Below are positions 44,101-51,798 of a stretch of DNA of 64,000 bases, one piece after another. This DNA is from Caecitellus pseudoparvulus (Eukaryota; Protista; Bigyra: Bicosoecida), in assembly GCA_965644315.1 (NCBI GenBank), contig CBFFRQ010000067.1, positions 372,001 through 436,000 on the forward strand. The letters run 5' to 3'. The notes under the pieces are model-generated. The model saw only the letters and a program-made list of their open reading frames with translations. It was not told the DNA's origin and did no database searches. Position 1 is the stretch's first letter, and the number at the start of each line of letters is the position of its first letter. Position numbers and translations under genes: made by a program.

Positions 44101-46012
44101 GGGTATTGGGTGAGGCGGCGGGGTCCGCCGTGGCAGCTGCGACAGCGGCCTCAGCTGCTGCCGCCATGGCGGCTGCCCGAACACTGCTGCGGCGGCCCGA
44201 GCCATGTCGAGCAGGGGCAGAAGCAGGGGGCTTGGGCGCCCCTCCGGCATCGTGGCTCGAGCTGCTCTTGCTCTTGCCCTTGGCGTGAGCTTCCTCCACC
44301 CCCACTGGCTGGGGCAGGGCGGGTGTGGAGGGGGGGTCTGGCAGCAGCTCCTGCATGATGGTCAGCGTGCTGGCGCGGCGAAGCAGGAGGGCGTTGCCGC
44401 CGCTGTACGCTGCAAAGGCAGCAGTGGGGTCGTCAGCCATGGCCTGTGGCGTCAAGTCAGCCCCTGCGAGGCGCACAGTGTAGAAGCCATGCCCAGCCCC
44501 CACCACCATGCCAGGAGCTTGCACGCCCGCCACCCGCACCCACCGCCACAACCAGGAGAAACCAGGGGTCTTGATCAGGCTGGAGCTGCGCTGGGGGGCG
44601 TCTCCCCCCCCCTTGGGCGCAGGCTTGGCGGGTGACGTTGTTGCTGGCTTGGCATCGGATGCCACCGCCTCCAGCGCAGACGACAGGTCCGTGCCGGCGC
44701 CAGGGGCTGGTTCTGTGCTGCGGCGACGGGCAGGGCGGTGTCCTGTGCTGGCCCCACTGCGGGGTGTGGGCTTGTCGCCTCGCTCTGATCCGGCGCTGCC
44801 GGCACTGTGCTTGCTGCCGCCTGACCGTGTGCGGGGAGTGCGGGCGGGGGCCTTGCTGGCCGCGCCCATGATCATCTGCAGCTGCCGCTCCGCCATGGCC
44901 TCCACCTGGTCCGGCGCCACCTTGCGCAGCTTGGCCACGTCAGCCAGGGGGGCGTCCGCCAGGAGACGGCGGAGCAGGGCGGCTTGGCGGCCCTTGCCCG
45001 CCGCCTGGCTGGCGGGCGCGGCAGCGGGGGCGGGGCTTTCAGGCGCACCAGCCACCTCGAACATGGCCGCCAGAGCCATGCTGCTGGCCAGCGTCGTGCC
45101 TCGCTTGGCCTTCCAGTGCGCCAGGTCGGCCACTCGCTCATCGTCTGACGCGCTCCTGTGGGCGGCAGGGGGTGCCGTCTGCTGCGCCGCGGCCGCCTGG
45201 GCGGGTGAGCCTGCAGGAGCAGAGGCTGTGGATGTGGCAGGCGAGGGGGGCTGTGTGCCTGCTCGCTGGGGCCGGGAGGGTGGCGTGGGTGGCGTGGGAG
45301 TGGGCAGGGCAGGTGCGGGTGCCGGGGATTGCTGTGGCGTGGAGGAGGCATCGACGTCGGCAGTCTGGATAACCGACTCACTGCGACGACGAGCACTGCG
45401 TTGGGGTCGTGTGGGTCCATCAGGGGGCGGTGACTCTGCTTGGCCGATCCAGGAGCCCATGGCCGCGGCCATGGCAGCCGTGCTGCTGGTGCGCTGCAAG
45501 TGGCCCCGAGGGAGAGTCACGGTGCCGTGGCCCTGGATGGACACTGTGAATGTGCCAGGCTCGGTGGGGTCCACAATGCTCGTGACGAAGCCCAGGGCAT
45601 GGGCGTGTGGCCCTGACAGCACCTTCACGCACTCCCCAACCATGGTGCGCATGGAGCGAGGCACGGCATCAGGCTCTGACTCTGGGGATGCCGGAGAGGG
45701 CGACCGCTCCACTTCTGGAGAAGGGAGTGTTGGTGATGGCGCTTGTACGGGCGGTGGCGAGGCCTCAGTGTCATCGGCTGAAGCGGCCGGCGGCGCCGCA
45801 GGCGCTGGTGCGGAAGTTGGCTCCGTTTCGCCAGTGCCAGCAGGCTGTTCAGTCAACGGAGCGGGCGGCGGGGCCGGAGCACCAATGCTGACACCCGCAG
45901 CATCACTTTGAGGTTCTCTTACCGCCCCTTTGGGTTCTTGGCTTGAAGGTTGGGCCGGGAGAGGCGCCGCTGCCGCGGCAGCTGGCTGGCTTGATTGGCT
46001 GCCCTCATCCAT
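38198..46012 (-). CDS. Large low-complexity protein (2604 aa) with KOW/SH3-like modules and a Cys cluster
   Basis: Single 7.8-kb ORF starting at ATG. KOW-like VGECVKVLSGPHAHALGFVTSI; second beta module WVRV...GHGFYTVRL; CFAC...CWDPACYVCPLH; basic NLS-like stretches. Confidence 0.7.
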   Translation of the reverse strand: MDEGSQSSQPAAAAAAPLPAQPSSQEPKGAVREPQSDAAGVSIGAPAPPPAPLTEQPAGTGETEPTSAPAPAAPPAASADDTEASPPPVQAPSPTLPSPEVERSPSPASPESEPDAVPRSMRTMVGECVKVLSGPHAHALGFVTSIVDPTEPGTFTVSIQGHGTVTLPRGHLQRTSSTAAMAAAMGSWIGQAESPPPDGPTRPQRSARRRSESVIQTADVDASSTPQQSPAPAPALPTPTPPTPPSRPQRAGTQPPSPATSTASAPAGSPAQAAAAQQTAPPAAHRSASDDERVADLAHWKAKRGTTLASSMALAAMFEVAGAPESPAPAAAPASQAAGKGRQAALLRRLLADAPLADVAKLRKVAPDQVEAMAERQLQMIMGAASKAPARTPRTRSGGSKHSAGSAGSERGDKPTPRSGASTGHRPARRRSTEPAPGAGTDLSSALEAVASDAKPATTSPAKPAPKGGGDAPQRSSSLIKTPGFSWLWRWVRVAGVQAPGMVVGAGHGFYTVRLAGADLTPQAMADDPTAAFAAYSGGNALLLRRASTLTIMQELLPDPPSTPALPQPVGVEEAHAKGKSKSSSSHDAGGAPKPPASAPARHGSGRRSSVRAAAMAAAAEAAVAAATADPAASPNTLQAADAALAAKLAANERRRSSRSRKPVQYGADAAGEEPAGGDEGAAESDSAVAAEAGGDSQASSTDSTSTVGALLADMGQGVTAAAVAGLQAGLGAPDTAQKWARSVDGEGVWSPKPTPPTPSPPPTGAAPALTSVLPVPTATAPSLPDQKLARSQQSTSPEAPVPPAPAKSTTAAQPEVSSSPKAPELKAASANPPSKASSRSQKPGPAASPKSTSSGQSRGGGRKRGRAEAVAAPAAKRPTPGPASGIGPASTESQARTMQDRSHRGPSKSPSPTPSDTRSHSSGTAPPRAGKAAKHKGKQKKHTTTNHTVFVLLFPDGSLRSMAGKPVPSTSLLQHGYTVADLGPASRSSTPSSEGPPPDSTMYISGPVGYTPPSNAADGHAAHDSAATVQVFRVDPEALLRHPAVVARALSSLAAVSGSAGSLVRGAMEAAGLPGDALPDSLREACALLGVEAEALSASAGQGSTVAKAGGGLGGAPPAASAEEDVDERGGTKNKRLRAAAHAKKRLERVAYHAAFVDYSRRRGFKPLPFEAWCAALSYKDRLRDQVSRVHERMRWESRPDISKRGRFLDLPGHGPPDVLPAIATLEGTVKKTLTKRLRGLGPEDEEAAPDAIRRLRAQLAEADAAEAQSTGTADTGGTSTDPGTSLASPMQGLQRLVQEGGRPYGIVRLGAGRLRRAAAQVRGEIVSDSSSDEEGPGGGKLYDNGAGAAALAGAQHSSGPAVGNGAPASLGSLPWALRDVPHWEVAKHLFGRPPVQDSCVTVAQPGRGGVTATCQVRVTTAEGKVILVDAAEDADGVVPPIHGRTVPVGPAGSPLLPEDAPRTATTLGWQDDGDDDDSVDGRAGVWGTAVQGPGEGPRHQRPYGGAAVDLAPPSAHCFACGCPKEFPDDHCWDPACYVCPLHAVYVPGADASEPLVAQAAFADELRAALQAAGHSDLSLSGARPTSAGDATTPPPPGALQVPLPHGATLPLPLPPLLPQTPSALAEVASILQAAASAVGGDEEATAAVGTPPPSRAAALHFALLFNRTQRRALGGGKVHSGMPQLEASHAHPFAKAVREKHAPFPRRALLSEPAVRLPGQGREIQAMPKLGATRQKRAVWQDGSAGPGGASARPGHEAGGDSDVESPRPHRRRFVSLAEEVAVDAALRREHGEQYEYAAAHAFGSLPPSSVSSLPHAVLGAHTPSSGPPHAPEHMTGTLAQQAWQAALPENLPDAQVDTAPTAPHNIAQVRGYLTATKPTAGEDWVGGGFVPHPGGTHALPAPGQPAGALPPVHGGRFALHAAASASRRETGAQVVSGPGTARLGAAPEPQASAALKPHSLRHPTLQEEAERISALGGPHLPARKDASGSFGHLASEGGLVVAGITAGVPAELQYEAEDCSQARQLVQRQTDKDLDRVLTLPPPTFDAAGLRIAAPPPPAADPPSPTSLFAQQRLLGVGHSNRNPLALTQQQARVLGACALQGADALSTQGQRKATKSKQLQAAAQRCEGAALTAAARASMVRAPRPGPAKGRKGGGAGGAASAPGAGSKQATEAGKAATPHLRALQRAVVGVACASADGLGAGTAPPPKGTPAQQVAVEAALSALAKPHANTSSRQGNVPHTVRGVQAGAANAAAWRGKRRGVVGVTRGVKRGRLGDALAAHVAVASCYDAALGGLGGHVPYGGPLADTLDAAHSLPQPSTAPASEPDALAMHSLLLDAPVRILTGGAAPRSDALPGPGSVVPVQIAPVSSSGTPLPEAMQQSGLPQVSDVEEWGDLLPPTAPRPGPNTQALAGLGVPLIPDAAPNVHIVAVQPTQAGDVETHPLPQPSAGPRHGIPGLAPSTVAAVTEVPSCPPEDATAWRHAKWQRGDEWQHPDLDVASALMHFKFHQPPSSEAADVAAAQVRAAQLRGETPTADPGQDKVFRAVCCDQPTMWLPDAFAALRAPPVPSCAPPSPRASEGSDSQQESSEDTHESQQTSQS

Positions 46013-46311
46013 TGCGCGATTTGCCTGACAAGGCGCAGCGCACGCCTGTCAAATCTTGCTGAGGAGCACACACGGCAGCTCTTTCGTTGCGCTGCCACCC
46101 GTGTTGCTGTGTCACTCGTTCACGGTTTGCGCAGTCTCTCGGATTGCACGCTGCGCTAGCACTGCCTCGCACTGCACACATCAATCCCAAGCTTGGTCAC
46201 ATTGAAGCGTAGGCGTGCATCTTTATCCCGCGCTTGCGAACATTGGCACCCACTGCACCTTGCACCTGCCGCCGCCTCCCGCCGGCGTCCATGGCTTGCT
46301 AGTGTGTCGCC

Positions 46312-47679
46312 ATGAACGCAAGTGAAACGCAGCCGCTGCCCACGAGCGGCCTTGACGTGCCCCATGCGCACTGGGATGCAGGGTGGGAGGTCCTGGCAGG
46401 CATTTTCGCCCTTGCAGCTTTGTGCGAGGGCCTCTCAAGGTGCCTTCCCGTCCCACCCAGCGCCAGCAGCGGCTCCCGCCACCCAAGCCAGCTGGCGCAC
46501 TGGCGCAGAGCCTTGCCTGGCGCACTGCACGTCGGGGCCTCAGTGCTGGGGTGGTGGTTCGCCGCCCTGGCCCTCACCGTCTCCAACCGCCGTCTGCTCA
46601 CCACTGCCCTCGACGGCCAATGGCGTTTCCCCTTCACCACCGCCTTCATCCACGTGTCAATCAAGTTCGCCGTGGCCGCCGGCGTGCTGGCCTGCCGCCG
46701 GCGCGTGCACGGTGACGGAGACCTGTCCCATGCTGCCCGCTCTGCCCCAGTGTGGCAGTTGCTGCAGGCCGGAGGCGCAGTGGGTGCTGCCACCGGCTGT
46801 GACATCGCCCTCTCCACCGCAGCCCTGGCGCATCTGCACGTGGCCGTGTACACGCTCATGAAGAACACAAGCCTCGTGTGGACCCTGGCGCTGTCCCTGG
46901 CACTAGGCCTGGTACAGCCGTCCTTTCGCCAGGCCTGCCTCGTCAGCAGCATCATGCTGGGCATGTACCTCACCTCCTCAGCTCCCAGCGGAGCCAAGTG
47001 GAGTGTTCTGGGAGTGCTGCTGGCGCTGGGCGGAACCATGGCAGGATCGGTGCGCTGGGTGTTCTCAGAGCGCATGTTCAAGACTGGCCTGCCCCTCTTG
47101 CTGGGCGTCGTGGCACCAGGAGAGGAAGGGCAAGGCTCACAGCCGACACGCCCACACCGCCCAGACGCGTGGTTGTACGTGTACCTCATCAGCCCCGGTG
47201 CCATGCTGCTGCTGGGGCCCCTGGCTATGCTGTGGGAAGGCAGGGCCCTCCTGGCCATGCTGCAGGGACAAGCGCCAGACCAGCTGCTCATGGTGGCGCT
47301 GGCTCTTGCCGGCACGGGGTGCTTGGCCACAGGGCTGGTGCTGACCCAGGCAGTGGTGGTGGGTGCGACATCTGCGCTGTCCGTGGCAGTGCTCGCGTTC
47401 TTGAAGGACATCCTGCAAGTGGTGCTTGCTGCTGTGGCCCTCGGGGAGGCAGTGTCGCCCCAGGCAGCGCTGGGCATCGCGATCGTCATGTCCAGCTCAG
47501 CGGGGTACGCTGTGCTGAAGGCTTTGCAGGCGGGGGCGCCCAGCTCGCCGATTGAGAAAACGCAAGCGGAAGGAGCGGGGAATCAGAAAGACGCTGGGGA
47601 TGTTGAGGAGGGTGCCGATTTGCTGGCGCCTGGCATGCGAGGGCAAGGTGCGCCGCAACTTGTCGCCGCCTCCGCCTGA
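46312..47679 (+). CDS. Triose-phosphate / nucleotide-sugar transporter family (SLC35C2-like)
   Basis: About 9-10 hydrophobic segments. WRFPFTTAFIH, DIALS...YTLMKNTSLVW, VRWVFSE and TSALSVAVLAFLKD. Confidence 0.8.
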   Translation: MNASETQPLPTSGLDVPHAHWDAGWEVLAGIFALAALCEGLSRCLPVPPSASSGSRHPSQLAHWRRALPGALHVGASVLGWWFAALALTVSNRRLLTTALDGQWRFPFTTAFIHVSIKFAVAAGVLACRRRVHGDGDLSHAARSAPVWQLLQAGGAVGAATGCDIALSTAALAHLHVAVYTLMKNTSLVWTLALSLALGLVQPSFRQACLVSSIMLGMYLTSSAPSGAKWSVLGVLLALGGTMAGSVRWVFSERMFKTGLPLLLGVVAPGEEGQGSQPTRPHRPDAWLYVYLISPGAMLLLGPLAMLWEGRALLAMLQGQAPDQLLMVALALAGTGCLATGLVLTQAVVVGATSALSVAVLAFLKDILQVVLAAVALGEAVSPQAALGIAIVMSSSAGYAVLKALQAGAPSSPIEKTQAEGAGNQKDAGDVEEGADLLAPGMRGQGAPQLVAASA

Positions 47680-47829
47680 CCAGCGCCCAAGCCAGCCTGA
47701 AGCGTCGTCTTGGGCGCGTAGCCCCCCAGAGTACTTTTCACCCACCTCCAATACACCTGCTCAAATGCACCAGCGTCATCGTCCACTTGCGTCCACCGTT
47801 GTAGCACCCCTGCAGGACTCCCTTTCACC

Positions 47830-48686
47830 ATGCCGAAGAACAAGGGTGAGGCCATTTTTGCGTTGCTGGCAGCACAGCCGCCGATGCATGCCCGGCATCC
47901 CCCCTTGCAGGCAAGGGCGGCAAGAACCGCCGCCGCGGGAAGAAGGACTCCCCCATGACAGAGAAGCGCGAGCTGGACTTGGCTGAGGAGGGCACCTGTA
48001 CGTGTGGAGCTGTTCGGCAGGCGGGCTGCTTCCTGTCAATTTCCGCTGCACTGCGCCCCACCCCTGTCGCGACACCACAGGCTACGCACAGGTTGTGCGC
48101 ATGCTGGGCAACGGGCGCCTCACCGCACACTGCTTCCATGATGATAAGCAGCGCATGGGCACCATCTGCGGCAAGATGCGCAAGCGTGTTTGGGTGGCAG
48201 TGGTGCGTGAGAACTGACCACAGCTCGACCGCCTGCGAGCTCGCTCTTGAGCACACGCCCCGCCTGCGACGCACCCGCCACTGCAGGGCGACATTGTCCT
48301 GCTTGCCTTGCGCGAGTACCAGGACTCCAAGGCCGACGTCATCGGCAAGTACTCCCCAGACGAAGCTCGTGAGCTGAAGAAGCGAGGCGAGCTGCCCGCC
48401 ACCGTGCGCGTGAACGACATCGGCGGGCTGGATGACGCCGCAGCAGATGACAAAGAAGACGCAGGTGAGTGCCAAAGGGCTAGGCGCTCTGGGCGTCGGG
48501 GTGGCATGCGGCACTGACATGCCCTTTTCTTCCGCAGGGTTTGAGTTCATCACCACCGGGCAGTTCGTTGTGGGCGGCGAGGGGGAGGAAGAGGGCAAGG
48601 GCAGCACTGCAGATGCTGCTGCCGCTGCAGGCGGCGCAGACTCCGCCTTGTTGGCGAACGGCGAGATCAACTTCGACGCCATTTAG
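47830..48686 (+). CDS. EIF1A: Eukaryotic translation initiation factor 1A; 5 exons
   Basis: Introns 47846..47910, 47998..48080, 48203..48286 and 48465..48537 give [16 protein letters not shown]...[13 protein letters not shown]...[13 protein letters not shown]...[24 protein letters not shown]. Confidence 0.95.
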
Positions 48687-48890
48687 CTGCTTTGTGCTGT
48701 GACAGAATGCACCCACACGCAAGTTCCCTGGTGGCGCTACCCTCACCCTTACGCAAAGAGAGGCAGCCGGGCACTATTGTACAACTCATCAAACACACTC
48801 AACAGCCGGGAGCAGGACCTTCCTGCAGCCGAGCGTGTGTGCAAGGTCGGGAGAAGGCTGGCGTCGTTTCAATTTCCGCACGGCTTCGCA

Positions 48891-49382
48891 ATGGCTTCAG
48901 GGGAGCCTGGCAGGCCCACCCAAGGCGCAGATGGTGCAGCAGCAAGTGAAGAAGCGCCGACATCTGTGATTGCCGCGTTCCATGCCGCCCTGACGACACA
49001 CGACTCCTCAGAGCCCAGCGGCGACCCGGCCCAAGCAGATGATGCATACACAGCATACCTGAACGTCAGCCAGGCCCAGGAAGCTCAGGCAAGCCAGGCA
49101 AGCCAGCCCCATCCTGTGTCACAAGAGGCATATGGGTCGCACCCTGTGCCTCAGGTTGGGCTGGATGCCTCGAGGGTGGCTGCCAGCGCGCAGCCCGCAG
49201 GCATGAGCCACGCTCTGAGCCAGCACCCGCTCATGCCGCCGCTTCCAGCGGGCGCCGACCAGCCGGTGTCAAGCGAAAGTGTAACGCCCACCATGCAGAA
49301 CCTGCTCATGGCGTGGTACTGGGCTGGGTACTACGCAGGGCAGCACGACGCTGGGTCCGCACCGCAGCCTGGCTGTGGGTGA
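48891..49382 (+). CDS. SMN: Survival motor neuron (SMN)-like protein lacking a Tudor domain
   Basis: N-terminal TSVIAAFHAAL (Gemin2-binding-like), a Pro-rich patch, and C-terminal YG box MQNLLMAWYWAGYYAG. Confidence 0.7.
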   Translation: MASGEPGRPTQGADGAAASEEAPTSVIAAFHAALTTHDSSEPSGDPAQADDAYTAYLNVSQAQEAQASQASQPHPVSQEAYGSHPVPQVGLDASRVAASAQPAGMSHALSQHPLMPPLPAGADQPVSSESVTPTMQNLLMAWYWAGYYAGQHDAGSAPQPGCG

Positions 49383-49689
49383 GCGAGGCAAGGCATTGGA
49401 GACCCACGACGCCGCACGTGCAAGCAAGACGCGGAAGAGAAGGTGTTCTTGGCTTGGCTTTTGCCCCGCCCATGCAGCGCCATGACCGTGCCACCGGGCC
49501 AGTTTCCGCACCAGCTGCCTTGCCAACACAAACGACGAGGCAAAAATCCTGCGCACTAGACAAATACATCAGAAGCATCGTGCAGGTGTGTTATAGAGCA
49601 TCCGAAATTATCGCGCACAGTGCCAGAAAAGACTGGCCGCAGGTGCTGAACAGGAGCAGAGGTGGAGTTTCAGCAATCGAAACGCAGCA

Positions 49690-51798
49690 ATGCCGCAGTC
49701 CCGGTTCGCTCCGCGGCGGGCTTTGCTGGCCGGCCTGATACTGAGTTGCCTGACATGGAAGGCTGCTGCTTGTCCAGCTCAGTGCAGTCGCCACGGCGTG
49801 TGCATTCCTGGATCAAGTAGATGCCGTTGCTTCCCTGGCAGGACTGGGCATGACTGCTCTCAGCGAGAGTGTCCGAAGAGCACCGCCTGGTCTGCTGTCC
49901 CGGTTGCGGTGGACGAAGCACACCCAGTTCGCGAGTGCGCAGGACGGGGTGCATGCAATCGGCGCACAGGCCAGTGTGAGTGTGACCCAGGCTTCACAGG
50001 CAAAGCGTGCCAGCGCATGCAGTGCCCTGGCGGCTGCTCAGGCCATGGCCAGTGCCAATCGTGGCGCACACTCGCTGCTGCCGCCTCCCGCGCTGGCACG
50101 GTGGTCAGGCAAGCTACATGGGAGGCAGATATGCTGTTCACCTGTGCGTGTGATGAGGGCTGGGGTGGCCTTGGCTGCGAGAAGCCGCAGTGTCCGCGCG
50201 GCATTGACCCGCTGCCACCGCTGCACGGCAAGGCAGAAGTGCAATTGCTCAGGTGTGACCTGGCCCCAGATGACCGTCGCACCTTCGCGTTGGGCTGGGG
50301 ACAGCACGTCACAAGAGCGCTTTCTCCCAGCATGACGCCCACGCAGCTTCAGGCAGCCCTTGTGGCGCTGCCGGGGCTGCGAGGCGTGCAAGTCACCGCC
50401 GCACAGCCTGACGGCGGCACCGGAAACACGATTTGCCAAGGCGATTCGGCCGGAGGTCTGGCCAGGGCAGTTCTGCAAATTACCTTCCGTGGCCAGGGAG
50501 CGGGTGCCCCTCCTCTTCGCCTGCTCCATGCAGATTCAGGACGAAGCCTGCAGGGCCAGCTCACGAACTTTCTCTTCCTTGCACGGGGAGGCGCAGGCCT
50601 GGCCCGTGGGGGTGACGACGTTGTCATCGTATCAACTGCAAGTACATTGCGCAGTCAAGCTTGCTCGAGTAGAGGCGTGTGCGATACCGAGCGAGGGGGG
50701 TGCGTGTGCGATGATGGCTTTACTGCGGCACGCAGAGGGTCACGCCTCGTCCCTGACTGCGGTGTCATGCGCCGCCAGCCATCAGCATGCCCATCTGCAG
50801 TGACAGCGGGACCGTTGGGGGGTCCAGGACCTGCGTGTAGTGGACATGGGGTGTGTGCTGGCGCACCGACGTTTCACTGCACCTGTGAGGATGGCTGGGG
50901 CGGACATGCGTGTGCCGAGCGTGCTTGTCGAAAGGGCCGACCTTGGTTTGTCACTCCGGGCACAAGTCAAGTCGGAAAACCGCAGATGGAAGTGTGCTCA
51001 GGGGTGGGCGATTGTGACGGCGAGACGGGCTTGTGCAAGTGCCGGGCAGGGTTTGAAGGGGAGGCCTGCCAGCTGCTCCGGTGCCCTGGCACCCCGACTT
51101 GCTCAGGGCATGGCCGCTGCTTGCCTCTGCATCTGGCAGGGCTAGAAGCGCGCACAGCCCTTGGCGCGGCCGTGCAGTACTCGTACGGAGCTGATCCAAA
51201 CGACCCACGCACCTGGGACAGGGAGTCTGTACAGACATGCGTGTGTGAAGAAGGCTGGGATGGACATGCTTGTCAGCTGCGGCAGTGTCCGGTGGGAGAC
51301 GACATCGGCTCGCCAAGCTCAAGTCAGGAAAGACAACGGCTAACTTGCTCGCCTGCCAAGCTCCATGGCCCTGTCCCACGCCTCGTCTTCCAGTTGTACG
51401 ATTCCCAGAGTGCCGCTTTGCCTGGTACTGCATCTGCGGCTGAAGTTCAAACAGCTCTCAATGCGCTGCCTGTGTTGGAGGATGCCGGAGTCACGGTGAA
51501 CGTGACGTTCACCCAAGACAGCTCGCTGCAGCTGTGCGGCCAGCCAGGGCCACGCCCCACGACCATGGAAGTTGCGTTTTCAGGGCACCTTGACTGGCCT
51601 GCGCTTCAAGTTCATGCTCGGCCAGAGGGGGGTCTCGGCATCCCTCTTCGCGCAGACACTGTGAAGGATGGCGGCACAGAAGCTGAGCCGTGCCACGGAA
51701 AAGGAGCCTGCAACGCTTCCACAGGCGCGTGCTTGTGTGCACGTGGGTATGGAGGCACTGCGGCATCCCCTCATGGGTGCGGTGGGCTTGTGGGATAG
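49690..51798 (+). CDS. Secreted tenascin-type EGF-repeat protein of the stramenopile tubular mastigoneme / Sig1-Ocm1 family
   Basis: Signal peptide, then CPAQCSRHG...DCSQRECP..AW......AH...ECAGRG.C.R.TG.C.C..GF.G.AC.R..CP..CSGHG.C...W.....C.CD.GW.G..C....CP.G.DP. The module occurs twice. No TM. Confidence 0.75.
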   Translation: MPQSRFAPRRALLAGLILSCLTWKAAACPAQCSRHGVCIPGSSRCRCFPGRTGHDCSQRECPKSTAWSAVPVAVDEAHPVRECAGRGACNRRTGQCECDPGFTGKACQRMQCPGGCSGHGQCQSWRTLAAAASRAGTVVRQATWEADMLFTCACDEGWGGLGCEKPQCPRGIDPLPPLHGKAEVQLLRCDLAPDDRRTFALGWGQHVTRALSPSMTPTQLQAALVALPGLRGVQVTAAQPDGGTGNTICQGDSAGGLARAVLQITFRGQGAGAPPLRLLHADSGRSLQGQLTNFLFLARGGAGLARGGDDVVIVSTASTLRSQACSSRGVCDTERGGCVCDDGFTAARRGSRLVPDCGVMRRQPSACPSAVTAGPLGGPGPACSGHGVCAGAPTFHCTCEDGWGGHACAERACRKGRPWFVTPGTSQVGKPQMEVCSGVGDCDGETGLCKCRAGFEGEACQLLRCPGTPTCSGHGRCLPLHLAGLEARTALGAAVQYSYGADPNDPRTWDRESVQTCVCEEGWDGHACQLRQCPVGDDIGSPSSSQERQRLTCSPAKLHGPVPRLVFQLYDSQSAALPGTASAAEVQTALNALPVLEDAGVTVNVTFTQDSSLQLCGQPGPRPTTMEVAFSGHLDWPALQVHARPEGGLGIPLRADTVKDGGTEAEPCHGKGACNASTGACLCARGYGGTAASPHGCGGLVG

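Noticed and set aside
38229-45911. Many long overlapping + strand ORFs (e.g. 40604..42721, 44508..45911)
   Set aside because: Expected in very GC-rich DNA opposite a long CDS; no recognisable domains.
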